The notes beneath the pieces are model-generated. The model worked only from the letters and a program-made list of their open reading frames with translations, made no database searches and had not been told where the DNA came from. Shown in pieces: positions 21,859 to 30,656 of a DNA stretch of 64,000 nt. A program made the translations under genes and the position numbers. Positions within the stretch are counted from its first letter, which is position 1, and every line of letters starts with the position of its first letter. This stretch comes from Dysgonamonadaceae bacterium (lineage in GTDB: Bacteria; Bacteroidota; Bacteroidia; Bacteroidales; Dysgonomonadaceae): contig JAISUH010000003.1 in the NCBI GenBank assembly GCA_031272205.1, positions 23,928-87,927 of the forward strand, read 5' to 3'.

Positions 21859-24513
21859 ATGTTGAAAATAGTTTATTTGGCATCCTTATTCATCTTTTTT
21901 ACCCTTCCTTCGGGATTTGGGCAGGTTGTCGCAACACAAACCGATACGTTAAAAACAAATCCCGCGGATGAAGTGGATAACCCTCCGGTCAATTACACGA
22001 CAACCCCAAAAAAATACGCCATTGCCGACATTAAAGTGTCAGGCTTGGAAAATTCTATGTATCAGGATTTTGTCCTGATTGGATTGTCGGGTTTACAAAA
22101 GGGACAGGAGATACAGATACCGGGCGATGATATTACCAATGCCGTAAACCGGTTTTGGAAAAACGGCTTGTTCTCCGATGTCAAAATCCTTCAAAATAAA
22201 GTGGCGGGCGACAGCGTTTGGCTCGAAATAAAGCTCACCGATCGCCCCCGCGTATCCGACATCCGCTATGCGGGCGTGAAAAAGGGAGAAAGGGAAGATA
22301 TCGAAGCTAAAATCGGGATGGTGAAAGGCAATCAGATAACCCCCAACCAGTTGGATCGGGCAAAAATCATCATCAAAAGCTATTTTGCCGAAAAAGGGTT
22401 TAACGATGCCGAAATCGGCATCATGGAACGCCCCGACGGAACACAGAAAAATCAGGTGATCCTCGATATCAACGTCGATAAAAAAGAGAAAACCGGCATT
22501 TATGAGATCACGATAGATGGAAATAAAGCGCTGTCAGACCGTAAACTGAAAGGAGCCATGAAGAAAACCAACGAATGGGGACGACTGAGAGATATTCGCA
22601 ACATCTTCAAAACCAAGAAATTTATCGAGGCCAACTACGAAGAAGACAAGAAAAACCTCATTTCGAAATACAATGAATACGGGTATCGCGACGCCGAAAT
22701 TTTGGAAGATACGGTTTATCGGCACGACGACAAAAAAGTAAACATCAACATCAAAGTATCGGAAGGCCCTCTGTATCACATCCGTTCCATCAGCTGGGTG
22801 GGCAACACGCATTACAATTCTTATGACCTCGGCCGTCTGCTCAATATGAAGTCGGGCGAAATATATAACCAGAAAAAATTGCAGGAACGCTTGCTTACTG
22901 ACGAAGACGCCGCCATCAACCTCTATCAAAACAACGGATATTTGTTTTCGCGGGCAGACCCTGTCGAAGTAAACATCGATAAAGACTCGGTCGATTTGGA
23001 AATCCGTGTGGAGGAAGGTCCCAAAGCTACCATCAAAAAAGTAGTCATCCAAGGGAACGACCGTTTGTATGAGGACGTCATTCGCCGCGAATTGCGCACC
23101 AAACCCGGCGCGGTGTACAGCAAGGAAGCTCTTATCCGTTCGTTCCGCGAAATAGCGCAAACGGGACATTTCGATCCCGAAAACATGAATCCCGACGTGG
23201 TTCCGAATCTCGACGACGGGACGGTAAACATCACCTACCCCCTATCCTCGAAAGGGAACGACCAAATTGAGTTTTCGGCCGGATGGGGCGTTACCGGTCT
23301 GGTAGGAAAATTAAGCCTGAAACTGAATAATTTCTCGCTGAAAAACTTATTGTATCCGAGTTCCTACAAAGGCGTAATCCCCCAAGGTGAAGGACAGACC
23401 TTAGTGTTGAGCGCACAAACCAACGGGCAGTATTACCAATCGTATCAGTTTTCATTCTCAGAACCTTGGTTTGGTGGAAAACGCCCCAACAATTTCTCCA
23501 TCAACGGATACTATTCGCGCTATACGGGGATGAACTCCAATTATTACAACAGCAACAATTATTACAACATGTACAGCATGTACGGATACGGTTACGGGGG
23601 CTACAATTATCAGGATTATGCCCAATATGCCTACGACCCCGATAAAGTATTCGAAATGATTGGTTTTTCGGTTGGCTACGGGAAACGCCTCGAATGGCCT
23701 GACGACTATTTCTATATGCAAGCCGAGCTGGGTTACCAACGCTACAACCTGAAAAACTGGACATACAACTATTTCCCCTTTTCGAGCGGATTTAGCAATA
23801 GCGTTTCGCTGAACCTCACTTTTGCCCGAAATTCAATCGACAACCCGTTATATACCCGGAGCGGCTCGCAATTCACCCTGAGCGCATCGGCTACGCCCCC
23901 CTTCTCGATGTGGGATGGAAAGGACTACGCCAACATGCCCACCGACGAATACGGCTTCGAAAGCGCAAGCAAATATACGTGGAACGAATACCACAAGTGG
24001 AAACTGAAAATCCGCACCTTTACCTCGCTCGCCGCTGTGCAACGAACGCCGGTATTGGCTACAAGAGCCGAATTTGGGCTTATCGGATATTACAACAAGC
24101 ACAAACAAACGCCTTTCGAAACCTTTGACGTGGGAGGCGACGGTATGAGCGGCTATTCAAGCTCGTTTGCGACAGAAACCATCGCGTTGCGCGGTTACGA
24201 AAACAACTCCGTAGCACAAAGCGCCAGGGCTTATACCCGCTTGGGACTCGAACTGCGCTACCCCTTTATCCTCGAACCGAGCTCAACCATCTACGGATTA
24301 ACCTTTGTGGAGGCCGGAAATGCGTGGATGGAAACTAAAAACTTTAATCCCTTCGATTTGAAACGTTCGGCCGGCGTGGGAGCTCGCATTTTCCTCCCGA
24401 TGATTGGCTTGATGGGAATCGACTGGGCTTACGGATTCGACACGGTAATCGGCACCGGTACACGTACACGGGGAGGAAGCCAGTTCCACTTCATCATCGG
24501 ACAGGAATTTTAA
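21859..24513 (+). CDS. bamA: Outer membrane protein assembly factor BamA
   Basis: 884 aa with POTRA repeats followed by a beta-barrel ending ...FHFIIGQEF. It sits directly after uppS and before skp genes, a conserved arrangement. Confidence 0.93.
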   Translation: MLKIVYLASLFIFFTLPSGFGQVVATQTDTLKTNPADEVDNPPVNYTTTPKKYAIADIKVSGLENSMYQDFVLIGLSGLQKGQEIQIPGDDITNAVNRFWKNGLFSDVKILQNKVAGDSVWLEIKLTDRPRVSDIRYAGVKKGEREDIEAKIGMVKGNQITPNQLDRAKIIIKSYFAEKGFNDAEIGIMERPDGTQKNQVILDINVDKKEKTGIYEITIDGNKALSDRKLKGAMKKTNEWGRLRDIRNIFKTKKFIEANYEEDKKNLISKYNEYGYRDAEILEDTVYRHDDKKVNINIKVSEGPLYHIRSISWVGNTHYNSYDLGRLLNMKSGEIYNQKKLQERLLTDEDAAINLYQNNGYLFSRADPVEVNIDKDSVDLEIRVEEGPKATIKKVVIQGNDRLYEDVIRRELRTKPGAVYSKEALIRSFREIAQTGHFDPENMNPDVVPNLDDGTVNITYPLSSKGNDQIEFSAGWGVTGLVGKLSLKLNNFSLKNLLYPSSYKGVIPQGEGQTLVLSAQTNGQYYQSYQFSFSEPWFGGKRPNNFSINGYYSRYTGMNSNYYNSNNYYNMYSMYGYGYGGYNYQDYAQYAYDPDKVFEMIGFSVGYGKRLEWPDDYFYMQAELGYQRYNLKNWTYNYFPFSSGFSNSVSLNLTFARNSIDNPLYTRSGSQFTLSASATPPFSMWDGKDYANMPTDEYGFESASKYTWNEYHKWKLKIRTFTSLAAVQRTPVLATRAEFGLIGYYNKHKQTPFETFDVGGDGMSGYSSSFATETIALRGYENNSVAQSARAYTRLGLELRYPFILEPSSTIYGLTFVEAGNAWMETKNFNPFDLKRSAGVGARIFLPMIGLMGIDWAYGFDTVIGTGTRTRGGSQFHFIIGQEF

Positions 24514-24637
24514 ATAAAAAGATGTTCCGATGAAACGCTTGTTTGGACTTTTAACATAATTTATCGGGTACAACCTAAACGTTTTATCGTTTTTGGTGTC
24601 TTTCTAAGAAAATTGTATAACTAAAAACACCACACAA

Positions 24638-25150
24638 ATGAAGAAAGTATTATTTTTTGTCGGATTGTTTCTGACACTCGCTGCAAACAGCGGATATGCT
24701 CAAAAATACGCGCTGATAGATATGGAATACATCCTCAAACGGATTCCTTCCTATGAAAGCGCGAACAAGCAAATAGAAAGCGCTTCCAAACAATGGCAAG
24801 ACGAAATTGATGCCAAAACAAAGGAAGTGGAGGCGATGTATAAAAAATATCAGGCAGACCTCCCAACATTGAAAGGAACCAATAAAACAATCCGCGAAAA
24901 CGAAATTGTTGCCAAAGAAAACGAAATCAAAGCGTTGAACAACAAATATTTCGGACAAAACGGAGAATTGGTTAAACGCCGCGAAGCCGCGATAAAACCC
25001 ATTCAGGACAGCATCTACAACGCAATAAAAGAACTGTCGGCGGCAAACGGCTATAAGATTGTATTGGACAGGGCATCGGCCTCAGCGGTCATCTTTGCCT
25101 CGCCCGATATTGATATTAGCGACGAAATTTTGGCAAAATTGGGTTATTAA
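24638..25150 (+). CDS. OmpH/Skp family periplasmic chaperone
   Basis: Signal peptide followed by a coiled-coil Lys/Glu-rich region, 170 aa, downstream of bamA. Confidence 0.85.
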   Translation: MKKVLFFVGLFLTLAANSGYAQKYALIDMEYILKRIPSYESANKQIESASKQWQDEIDAKTKEVEAMYKKYQADLPTLKGTNKTIRENEIVAKENEIKALNNKYFGQNGELVKRREAAIKPIQDSIYNAIKELSAANGYKIVLDRASASAVIFASPDIDISDEILAKLGY

Positions 25151-25163
25151 TCAATAATTTAAT

Positions 25164-25171
25164 TATCTTTG
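25164..25171 (+). promoter_or_regulatory. -7 box TATCTTTG upstream of the second skp-like gene
   Basis: TAnnTTTG match 47 nt upstream of the ATG at 25218. Confidence 0.35.
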
Positions 25172-25217
25172 TAGCCGCTAACAGGCGAATTTTAAATCAA
25201 TAACACTATAAATCATT

Positions 25218-25724
25218 ATGTTGAAGAAATTATTTATTCTGCTTATCGCTTTGGCCCCTTTGGCTGCGATAGCCCAAGACGGAAAAGTGGCATACCTCAA
25301 CTCGCAGGAAATTTTCAACGCTATGCCGGAATTGGCCGATATTGAAAAACAATTGACCACCAAACAGGAAGAAATCTCTAAAACCGGACAGGCTATTATC
25401 GACGAGTTCAACAAAAAAAATGAAGAATTTGAAAAAGTAGCCGCTACAGCTTCCGAAACGGTAAAACAAGACCAACAGAAGCAATTGGCTCAATTGCAGG
25501 AAAGATATCAGTCGTTTTTGCAATACAGTCAAAAAGAGATGGAAGAATTGCGGATGAAGCTGCTGCAACCGGTTTATCAGAAAATCCAGACAGCGATTAA
25601 AACCGTAGGCGACGAACAAAAATTCTCCTACATTTTGGACTTGGCTTCACAATCGATTGTGTATTACAGCCCCACAGCAGTGGATGCCACTCCGCTGGTG
25701 AAAACGAAATTGAACCTGAAATAA
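25218..25724 (+). CDS. OmpH/Skp family periplasmic chaperone (second copy)
   Basis: Signal peptide plus coiled-coil region, 168 aa. Confidence 0.85.
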   Translation: MLKKLFILLIALAPLAAIAQDGKVAYLNSQEIFNAMPELADIEKQLTTKQEEISKTGQAIIDEFNKKNEEFEKVAATASETVKQDQQKQLAQLQERYQSFLQYSQKEMEELRMKLLQPVYQKIQTAIKTVGDEQKFSYILDLASQSIVYYSPTAVDATPLVKTKLNLK

Positions 25725-25756
25725 ATTTATTTTCAACAGGTTGGATTAATATTTAT

Positions 25757-25789
25757 TCCGACGTCGAACTATCGGCGTCGGATTTTTTT
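25757..25789 (+). terminator. Rho-independent terminator after the skp genes
   Basis: 11-bp stem (TCCGACGTCGA/TCGGCGTCGGA) with a 4-nt loop, followed by T7. Confidence 0.75.
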
Positions 25790-25908
25790 GGTGCGATGTT
25801 AGAGCCGCATGCATCGGCTATACAAAGTCAAAAACCTCATTTTTCACCTCATTTCGCGTTAAACCATCAACCTTAGCAGTTCCGAATTTACGCCTTCCAT
25901 TCTCTTCT

Positions 25909-26781
25909 TTATAATTCTATTTCAACCACCTGTTTCAGAAGAATACCAATCAGGAAGCTAATCAGGGCGACGCCCATGCTCAAGGCCGCCATTTCGCCGA
26001 AACGCCTTTTGAAGCTTTCTCCTCGCGCCACGGCGTAATAATAGTTGAACAGGGCGATGATCAGGATGGCGACGGCTAACATAACGCCCAAGGCGACAAG
26101 CACATTTTTGAAGAATATAAACGGTGCAATAAGAGCGACGACGGTAACGACGTATGCCAATCCGGTATAAACGGCGGATGTTTTGGGATGCCGTTCCGAA
26201 TCGACTTCCGATTTGGTAGAAAGATATTCGGACGAGGCCATCGACAAGGCGGCGGCGATACCCGTAATGCTTCCCGTGAGCGCTATCAGCTTGCTGTCGT
26301 TCAGCGCCAGCGTATATCCGGCAAGCGCACCTGTAAATTCCACCAGCGCATCGTTCAATCCCAAAACCACTGACCCCATGTAATTGAGCCGTTCTTCGTT
26401 GATCATCACAACCAACTTTTCTTCGTGCGACTCCTCTTCGCGAGCCATCGCTTCCAAATCGGGGTATTCTTTATAGGCCGCATAATTCAATTGGGAGCTC
26501 TCTTCGCTCTTTTCCATGAGCTTAATGGAGAAAGTCAGGCCAAAAATCCGCGCCAGCCAATAATACTTGAAAATGTCCCGTTTTCGGGGTTTCACGTCGG
26601 TATGGGTATATCGCTTGAGGTTGTGGTAGTGTTTGATTTCTTCTTTCGAAATTTCGAGCAACACATTCCGGTTGGCGCTTTCTTTTGTAATCGAAGCCAA
26701 TTTTTTATACACGATGTGAGCGGTAATTTCTTCCCGCTGAAACCGGACGAATGTCGATAAATCATTGTTTGACAGTTTCAT
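25909..26781 (-). CDS. VIT1/CCC1-family iron/manganese transporter with an N-terminal ferritin-like domain
   Basis: Helical ferritin-like N-terminus (EEITAHIVYKKLA...EEIKHY) and a C-terminal membrane domain. The start is set at MKLSNND because the longer ORF would overlap tRNA-Pro. Confidence 0.7.
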   Translation of the reverse strand: MKLSNNDLSTFVRFQREEITAHIVYKKLASITKESANRNVLLEISKEEIKHYHNLKRYTHTDVKPRKRDIFKYYWLARIFGLTFSIKLMEKSEESSQLNYAAYKEYPDLEAMAREEESHEEKLVVMINEERLNYMGSVVLGLNDALVEFTGALAGYTLALNDSKLIALTGSITGIAAALSMASSEYLSTKSEVDSERHPKTSAVYTGLAYVVTVVALIAPFIFFKNVLVALGVMLAVAILIIALFNYYYAVARGESFKRRFGEMAALSMGVALISFLIGILLKQVVEIEL

Positions 26782-26817
26782 AAATACCAAAATTTTTAAG
26801 AAAAACCTGAAAGAAGC

Positions 26818-26854
26818 AATAAAAAACGGAAACTCTTGATGGAGATTCCGTTTT
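26818..26854 (-). terminator. Terminator after tRNA-Pro
   Basis: On the minus strand: AACGGAA ... TTCCGTT stem (7-9 bp) followed by TTTTATT. Confidence 0.5.
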
Positions 26855-26864
26855 GATATCAAAG

Positions 26865-26938
26865 TCGGGATGAGACGACTCGAACGTCCGACCTCCACGT
26901 CCCGAACGTGGCGCGCTAGCCAACTGTGCTACATCCCG
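26865..26938 (-). tRNA. tRNA-Pro (anticodon CGG)
   Basis: Hand-folded cloverleaf: acceptor CGGGATG/CATCCCG, anticodon arm CCACG-TTCGGGA-CGTGG, T arm GGACG-TTCGAGT-CGTCT. 74 nt with no encoded CCA. There is one A:C mismatch in the D stem. Confidence 0.88.
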
Positions 26939-26954
26939 TTTTGTTTTGTGGCTG

Positions 26955-26962
26955 CAAAGGTA
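26955..26962 (-). promoter_or_regulatory. -7 box TACCTTTG for tRNA-Pro
   Basis: Reverse complement of CAAAGGTA, 17 nt upstream of the mature 5' end. Confidence 0.6.
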
Positions 26963-27036
26963 CGCATTTTTCTTTTCATATTTTATAAATCGGCGAAAAA
27001 AACGACTGTATTAGCCGCAAATTTAAAAAAAACATG

Positions 27037-27044
27037 TACCTTTG
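27037..27044 (+). promoter_or_regulatory. -7 box TACCTTTG for tRNA-Gly
   Basis: The same octamer as the tRNA-Pro box, 11 nt upstream of the mature 5' end. Confidence 0.6.
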
Positions 27045-27054
27045 TGCTGCGAAT

Positions 27055-27127
27055 GCGGCAATAGCTCAGTCGGTAGAGCATTAGCTTCCCAAGCTGAGGG
27101 TCGCGAGTTCGAGTCTCGTTTGCCGCT
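27055..27127 (+). tRNA. tRNA-Gly (anticodon CCC)
   Basis: Cloverleaf: acceptor GCGGCAA/TTGCCGC, D arm GCTC/GAGC, anticodon arm TTAGC-TTCCCAA-GCTGA, T arm GCGAG-TTCGAGT-CTCGT. 73 nt. Confidence 0.92.
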
Positions 27128-27153
27128 CCCGTTCGCTTTACAAATGATCAGGG

Positions 27154-27181
27154 AAAAGGAGGATTTTAGTCCTCCTTTTTT
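27154..27181. terminator. Bidirectional terminator shared by tRNA-Gly and the CYTH gene
   Basis: AAAAGGAGGA / TCCTCCTTTT stem with a 6-nt loop and T-runs on both strands. It overlaps the last CYTH codons. Confidence 0.6.
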
Positions 27182-27648
27182 GCCTTTCCTTTAAAGGGAT
27201 GTTTTGTCAGGTAAGCGTTGTAATAACGCTTGTCCAGGGTAACTTCATCGCCCAACCAGTCCGGTTTTTCAAAAGTCTCGTTTTCCGATGTCAATTCGAT
27301 TTCGGCAATGGTCAAGCCTTCGTTATCGCCATAAAATTCATCCACTTCGTAAACGTGCTTTCCCGCGGGAATCAGGTAGCGCGTTTTATCGATAACCGGT
27401 TTTTCGCAGAACCGCAGCATATCTTCGGCATCCGAAAGCGGGATTTCCGTCTCCCATTCGTAACGCGAAAATTCGGAGTCCGGCATGTCGCTTTTGATGG
27501 TCAGATAAGCCTTGTCGCCTTTTATACGCACGCGCACAATGCGTTCGGGCGCCAAAGAGAGATAACCCTGAGTGATGCGGTATTGTTTGGAGACGAAGGG
27601 TTTGTAATCTCCTTTTACCAAAAATTTTCGTTCTATTTCGCAGGCCAT
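27166..27648 (-). CDS. CYTH domain protein (triphosphate tunnel metalloenzyme)
   Basis: N-terminal EIERKFLV (ExExK signature), 160 aa. Confidence 0.85.
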   Translation of the reverse strand: MACEIERKFLVKGDYKPFVSKQYRITQGYLSLAPERIVRVRIKGDKAYLTIKSDMPDSEFSRYEWETEIPLSDAEDMLRFCEKPVIDKTRYLIPAGKHVYEVDEFYGDNEGLTIAEIELTSENETFEKPDWLGDEVTLDKRYYNAYLTKHPFKGKAKKED

Positions 27649-27667
27649 AAAAAACTTGATTTGTCTC

Positions 27668-27675
27668 CAAAATTA
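27668..27675 (-). promoter_or_regulatory. -7 box TAATTTTG proximal to the CYTH gene
   Basis: Reverse complement of CAAAATTA, 20 nt upstream of the ATG. Confidence 0.4.
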
Positions 27676-27676
27676 C

Positions 27677-27701
27677 AAAAAAAATTATCCCGAAGGGATA
27701 A
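27677..27701 (-). terminator. Terminator-like hairpin upstream of the CYTH gene
   Basis: On the minus strand: TTATCCC-TTC-GGGATAA followed by T8. Confidence 0.5.
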
Positions 27702-27821
27702 ATATCGAGAGGTAAAAAAAATATAGTTAAGATTTTGGTTGTAGTCTATAGTTACGGTTTTGACCGGATTAATAAATATCAATGCGCGTAATTTTACTCT
27801 TTCATTCGATGAATTCTGTTA

Positions 27822-27829
27822 CAAAGATA
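27822..27829 (-). promoter_or_regulatory. Orphan -7 box TATCTTTG, with no ORF before the next terminator
   Basis: Reverse complement of CAAAGATA. It lies about 120 nt upstream of the 27701 hairpin. Confidence 0.35.
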
Positions 27830-27907
27830 AAAGTTCCCTGTATTTGTGGGGAAAAGCGGGGCTTAATAAGGGCAGATATGGGGAAATATTCCACAACGGG
27901 GAATGGT

Positions 27908-27941
27908 AAAAAATTACCCCCCGAAGGACTTATTCGGGGGG
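27908..27941 (-). terminator. Terminator at the end of the PUL operon
   Basis: On the minus strand: CCCCCCGAA / TTCGGGGGG, a 9-bp stem, followed by TAATTTTTT. It sits 26 nt after the isomerase stop. Confidence 0.7.
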
Positions 27942-27966
27942 CAACAGGTATCGGGGGCTTTTTCTT

Positions 27967-28938
27967 TTACGAAAACAACACTTTGCGCATGAAGCGCGAG
28001 GTTTCAACTGCGTCGTTCAGCTTCACTATCGCGTCTATCTCGGCAAAATTTTCTTCCACAATTTTTTCATATTGTCGCACCCAATAAATGCTTTCGGCGA
28101 TAGCGGCGGTAGCGTCTTCGCGATAGGGATATTGGTCCATCGAGAGCCAGCCTGCATAACCGGTTTTTTTCAGGTTGTACAGCAAATCGACATAGATTGT
28201 GCTGTGTACGGTACCGACAATCATGTCGTCGTCCCATGAGCCGTGGTTATCGTTAAAGTGCATGTGAAACAGCAGGTTCCCTGCACGTTTTGCCAACACC
28301 ACCGCTTCGGCGATGTTTTCGCCGGCGACAAAACCGTGGCCGGTATCGATGCAGACTCCCACGTTGGGACAGCCTGTTTCTTTGGCCGCCAAAATGGTGT
28401 CGGCCATGCGGGCATGGTAGGAGAAGTTGCGCGGTTCTTTCGGCTTGTATTCGAGGGCGAATTTCAAGGAAGGAAATTCTTTTGCCAGCGCGGTTGTGTT
28501 TTCGCGCAACCATTCGCGTTCCTGATCGTAGTCGGCGGTCAGCAGGTAATCGTAACCGTCCTGCGCCATCCAAAGGTTCACCGTCTTGCAGTCCATTTCG
28601 AGCGCGATTTCACTCATTTGCCGCAAATAGTCGAGCGATTGACGGCGAATTTTCGCGTCGGTGTTGGTGATCGTACCTTTGCCCCACTCTTTCACGGTAA
28701 ACACATCCGGAATTATCGACACGGTGGTTTTACCGTAGTCTTTCATCCGTTTCTTCATATCCTTCACATTGTCGGGGCGGATATCCCATGTACCGACCAA
28801 TTCAATGCCTTCTACATAAGGAATTTTCACTGCCTGCGCCAACATTTCTTCGGTTGACGGGTTGTCTTTGTAACCCTTGCAAAACCTGTCGCACGTGTTG
28901 CCCAGGTTGCCTAAAATAACAGAATACTTGTACATCAT
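27967..28938 (-). CDS. Sugar phosphate isomerase/epimerase (xylose-isomerase-like TIM barrel)
   Basis: 323 aa from MMYKYSVILGN. Metal-binding style motifs (LEYKPKEP, DTGH, HFNDN). It is the last gene of the PUL. Confidence 0.7.
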   Translation of the reverse strand: MMYKYSVILGNLGNTCDRFCKGYKDNPSTEEMLAQAVKIPYVEGIELVGTWDIRPDNVKDMKKRMKDYGKTTVSIIPDVFTVKEWGKGTITNTDAKIRRQSLDYLRQMSEIALEMDCKTVNLWMAQDGYDYLLTADYDQEREWLRENTTALAKEFPSLKFALEYKPKEPRNFSYHARMADTILAAKETGCPNVGVCIDTGHGFVAGENIAEAVVLAKRAGNLLFHMHFNDNHGSWDDDMIVGTVHSTIYVDLLYNLKKTGYAGWLSMDQYPYREDATAAIAESIYWVRQYEKIVEENFAEIDAIVKLNDAVETSRFMRKVLFS

Positions 28939-28967
28939 ACTAATTTTTAAAGTTTTATCTATGCGTC

Positions 28968-30632
28968 TTAATGGGTCAATTGCGCTACTTTTACCAATTT
29001 TAAGCCGTTCAGTGTAAAAGCGCAATAACCGAAACCGTTGTCCTGATTGGCGTTATATACCCAGCCAAGTGTAACCGTTCCTGCGGAAGATACGGAGAAC
29101 GAAATGTCAATCACGTTGTGCCCGTTGTAACCGGAAGGGATCAGCGTTTTATAACCGAGCGTTTCGGAGGCTGTTGCAATACCGGTGATGTCGGGTAGCG
29201 TATTCGCTTTCGCCGCTACCCCGTAAGCTTCTACCGTAATCGGGTCATTGGATGTATTATAAGCGTCCATGTGCGAACAATCGACTTGGAAAATGTAATC
29301 GCCCGCTTCAAGATTCAAGGTTTGATAGACTTTGCCATTGCTAACATACTCCAATCCTTGAGCGGGGCCGCCAATTAATATCGGTCTCATACCCCAGTCG
29401 GCGTAATTGTAACTGATGACAACATTCGAACTGTGCGTCCATCCCGTTAATTTCCCCAGCCAAGCCGTTACCGCATCGTAAGCGAAAGGCGACTGCGCAT
29501 TGGTTAACGGAACATTTACCAGCTCGATGGCGGCATTTAACCCGCTCACGCCAATTTCGTTGTACAGGTCTATTTCGGCAATTTGTGTCCAGTAAACGTT
29601 CGGATCTTGTCCGCCGAAAATTGTAATTCTGAAGTAGCGGGCGGTTACCTGCTCCTCGAAAGCAAAACCTTGTCGGATAAGATCGGTCGTAAGGTCGCCT
29701 TCATAGACGGAAGTCCAGGTGGAAGCATCGGCGCTGATTTCGAAGCTGAAGCTTTTTGCCAGTCCGCTTGAAGATTCCGTTTGCGACTGAACAATATAAA
29801 ACCCGTTGATTTTCTTTTCGCGTTTCATATCCACCATCAGCCATTGCGGAAGTGTTGAAGGCGGGTTCCACGGATTGGAGTGCCATTGAGTATCTATGTC
29901 ATTATCAATGGCATTTCCGGGGAACATACTTGGATCCCAATCGGGATAGCTGCTTGCCTGAGCGACCCAGTTTTCTTTTTCGAAATCAAACATCAGCGCC
30001 TCGAAGGTATTCATCCTGCTGCTGTAAAATTCGTCAATCGCATCAGTTTGAGGCTTATATACCGAATAGTGATAATAAGGCAGGTCGGTATTGATGTTGT
30101 TGATGGAGATGCTTCTTTCAGAACTACTCATCAACACACTGTCTTTCACGCCTGAAGTATTGGTATATACAATCCACACGCCGGTTTCTCCTTCGGCCGC
30201 CTCGTTGAAAGTCAATAGAGCCGAAGTGGTTCCAATGCTGCTTTGGTCGAGAAGGAACCTTCGTGTAACCAAGCCTCCCGTGTAGGCGTCTCCATACACC
30301 TTTACAACAATACCTTTAGGGTCGGAATTTAAGCCATCGGCATTGAGCGTTACTACACGCAAAGTCTGGTCGCCTTCGGAAAGTCCTTCAACAATAGCCG
30401 TTTGGGTTGAACCCGATTCCACAGGAACATTCATCACCTCGCCGGCATTGAAAAATATCCTGCTGGAGACTACATCGGAGGGTATTGTCCACTCCAATTT
30501 CACCCGGTTTTTGCCCGGATAGCCTGTCAAACCATCCACTTGGGAGGGTATCGCCGGAATGTCTTTGTCGCACCCCGAGAACAACGCTCCCGCCAACAGG
30601 CAAAATGCAAAACAATTAGTTGCAGTTTTCAT
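28968..30632 (-). CDS. Surface lipoprotein with a DUF4998-like N-terminus and an F5/8 type C (discoidin) domain; candidate glycan-binding protein
   Basis: Lipobox ...LFSGCDKD. Discoidin-like text NAIDNDIDTQWHS...ARYFRITI. The domain names are from memory. Confidence 0.65.
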   Translation of the reverse strand: MKTATNCFAFCLLAGALFSGCDKDIPAIPSQVDGLTGYPGKNRVKLEWTIPSDVVSSRIFFNAGEVMNVPVESGSTQTAIVEGLSEGDQTLRVVTLNADGLNSDPKGIVVKVYGDAYTGGLVTRRFLLDQSSIGTTSALLTFNEAAEGETGVWIVYTNTSGVKDSVLMSSSERSISINNINTDLPYYHYSVYKPQTDAIDEFYSSRMNTFEALMFDFEKENWVAQASSYPDWDPSMFPGNAIDNDIDTQWHSNPWNPPSTLPQWLMVDMKREKKINGFYIVQSQTESSSGLAKSFSFEISADASTWTSVYEGDLTTDLIRQGFAFEEQVTARYFRITIFGGQDPNVYWTQIAEIDLYNEIGVSGLNAAIELVNVPLTNAQSPFAYDAVTAWLGKLTGWTHSSNVVISYNYADWGMRPILIGGPAQGLEYVSNGKVYQTLNLEAGDYIFQVDCSHMDAYNTSNDPITVEAYGVAAKANTLPDITGIATASETLGYKTLIPSGYNGHNVIDISFSVSSAGTVTLGWVYNANQDNGFGYCAFTLNGLKLVKVAQLTH

Positions 30633-30656
30633 ATCTTTATCAATTAATCAGTTAAA

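Noticed and set aside
26782-26898. N-terminal 39-aa extension of the VIT1-family ORF
   Set aside because: The extension would overlap the tRNA-Pro gene and its terminator. The internal Met (MKLSNND...) gives a sensible ferritin-like N-terminus.
26865-27648. The tRNA genes as an integration site for a mobile element; the CYTH gene as part of a defence or signalling island
   Set aside because: There is no integrase, no direct repeat of the tRNA 3' end, and no compositional shift next to the tRNAs. The CYTH gene stands alone, without a CHAD, cyclase-effector or toxin partner.
27782-28087. 101-aa plus-strand ORF
   Set aside because: It crosses the strong minus-strand terminator at 27908-27941 and then overlaps the 3' end of the isomerase gene antisense. 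It has no recognisable features.
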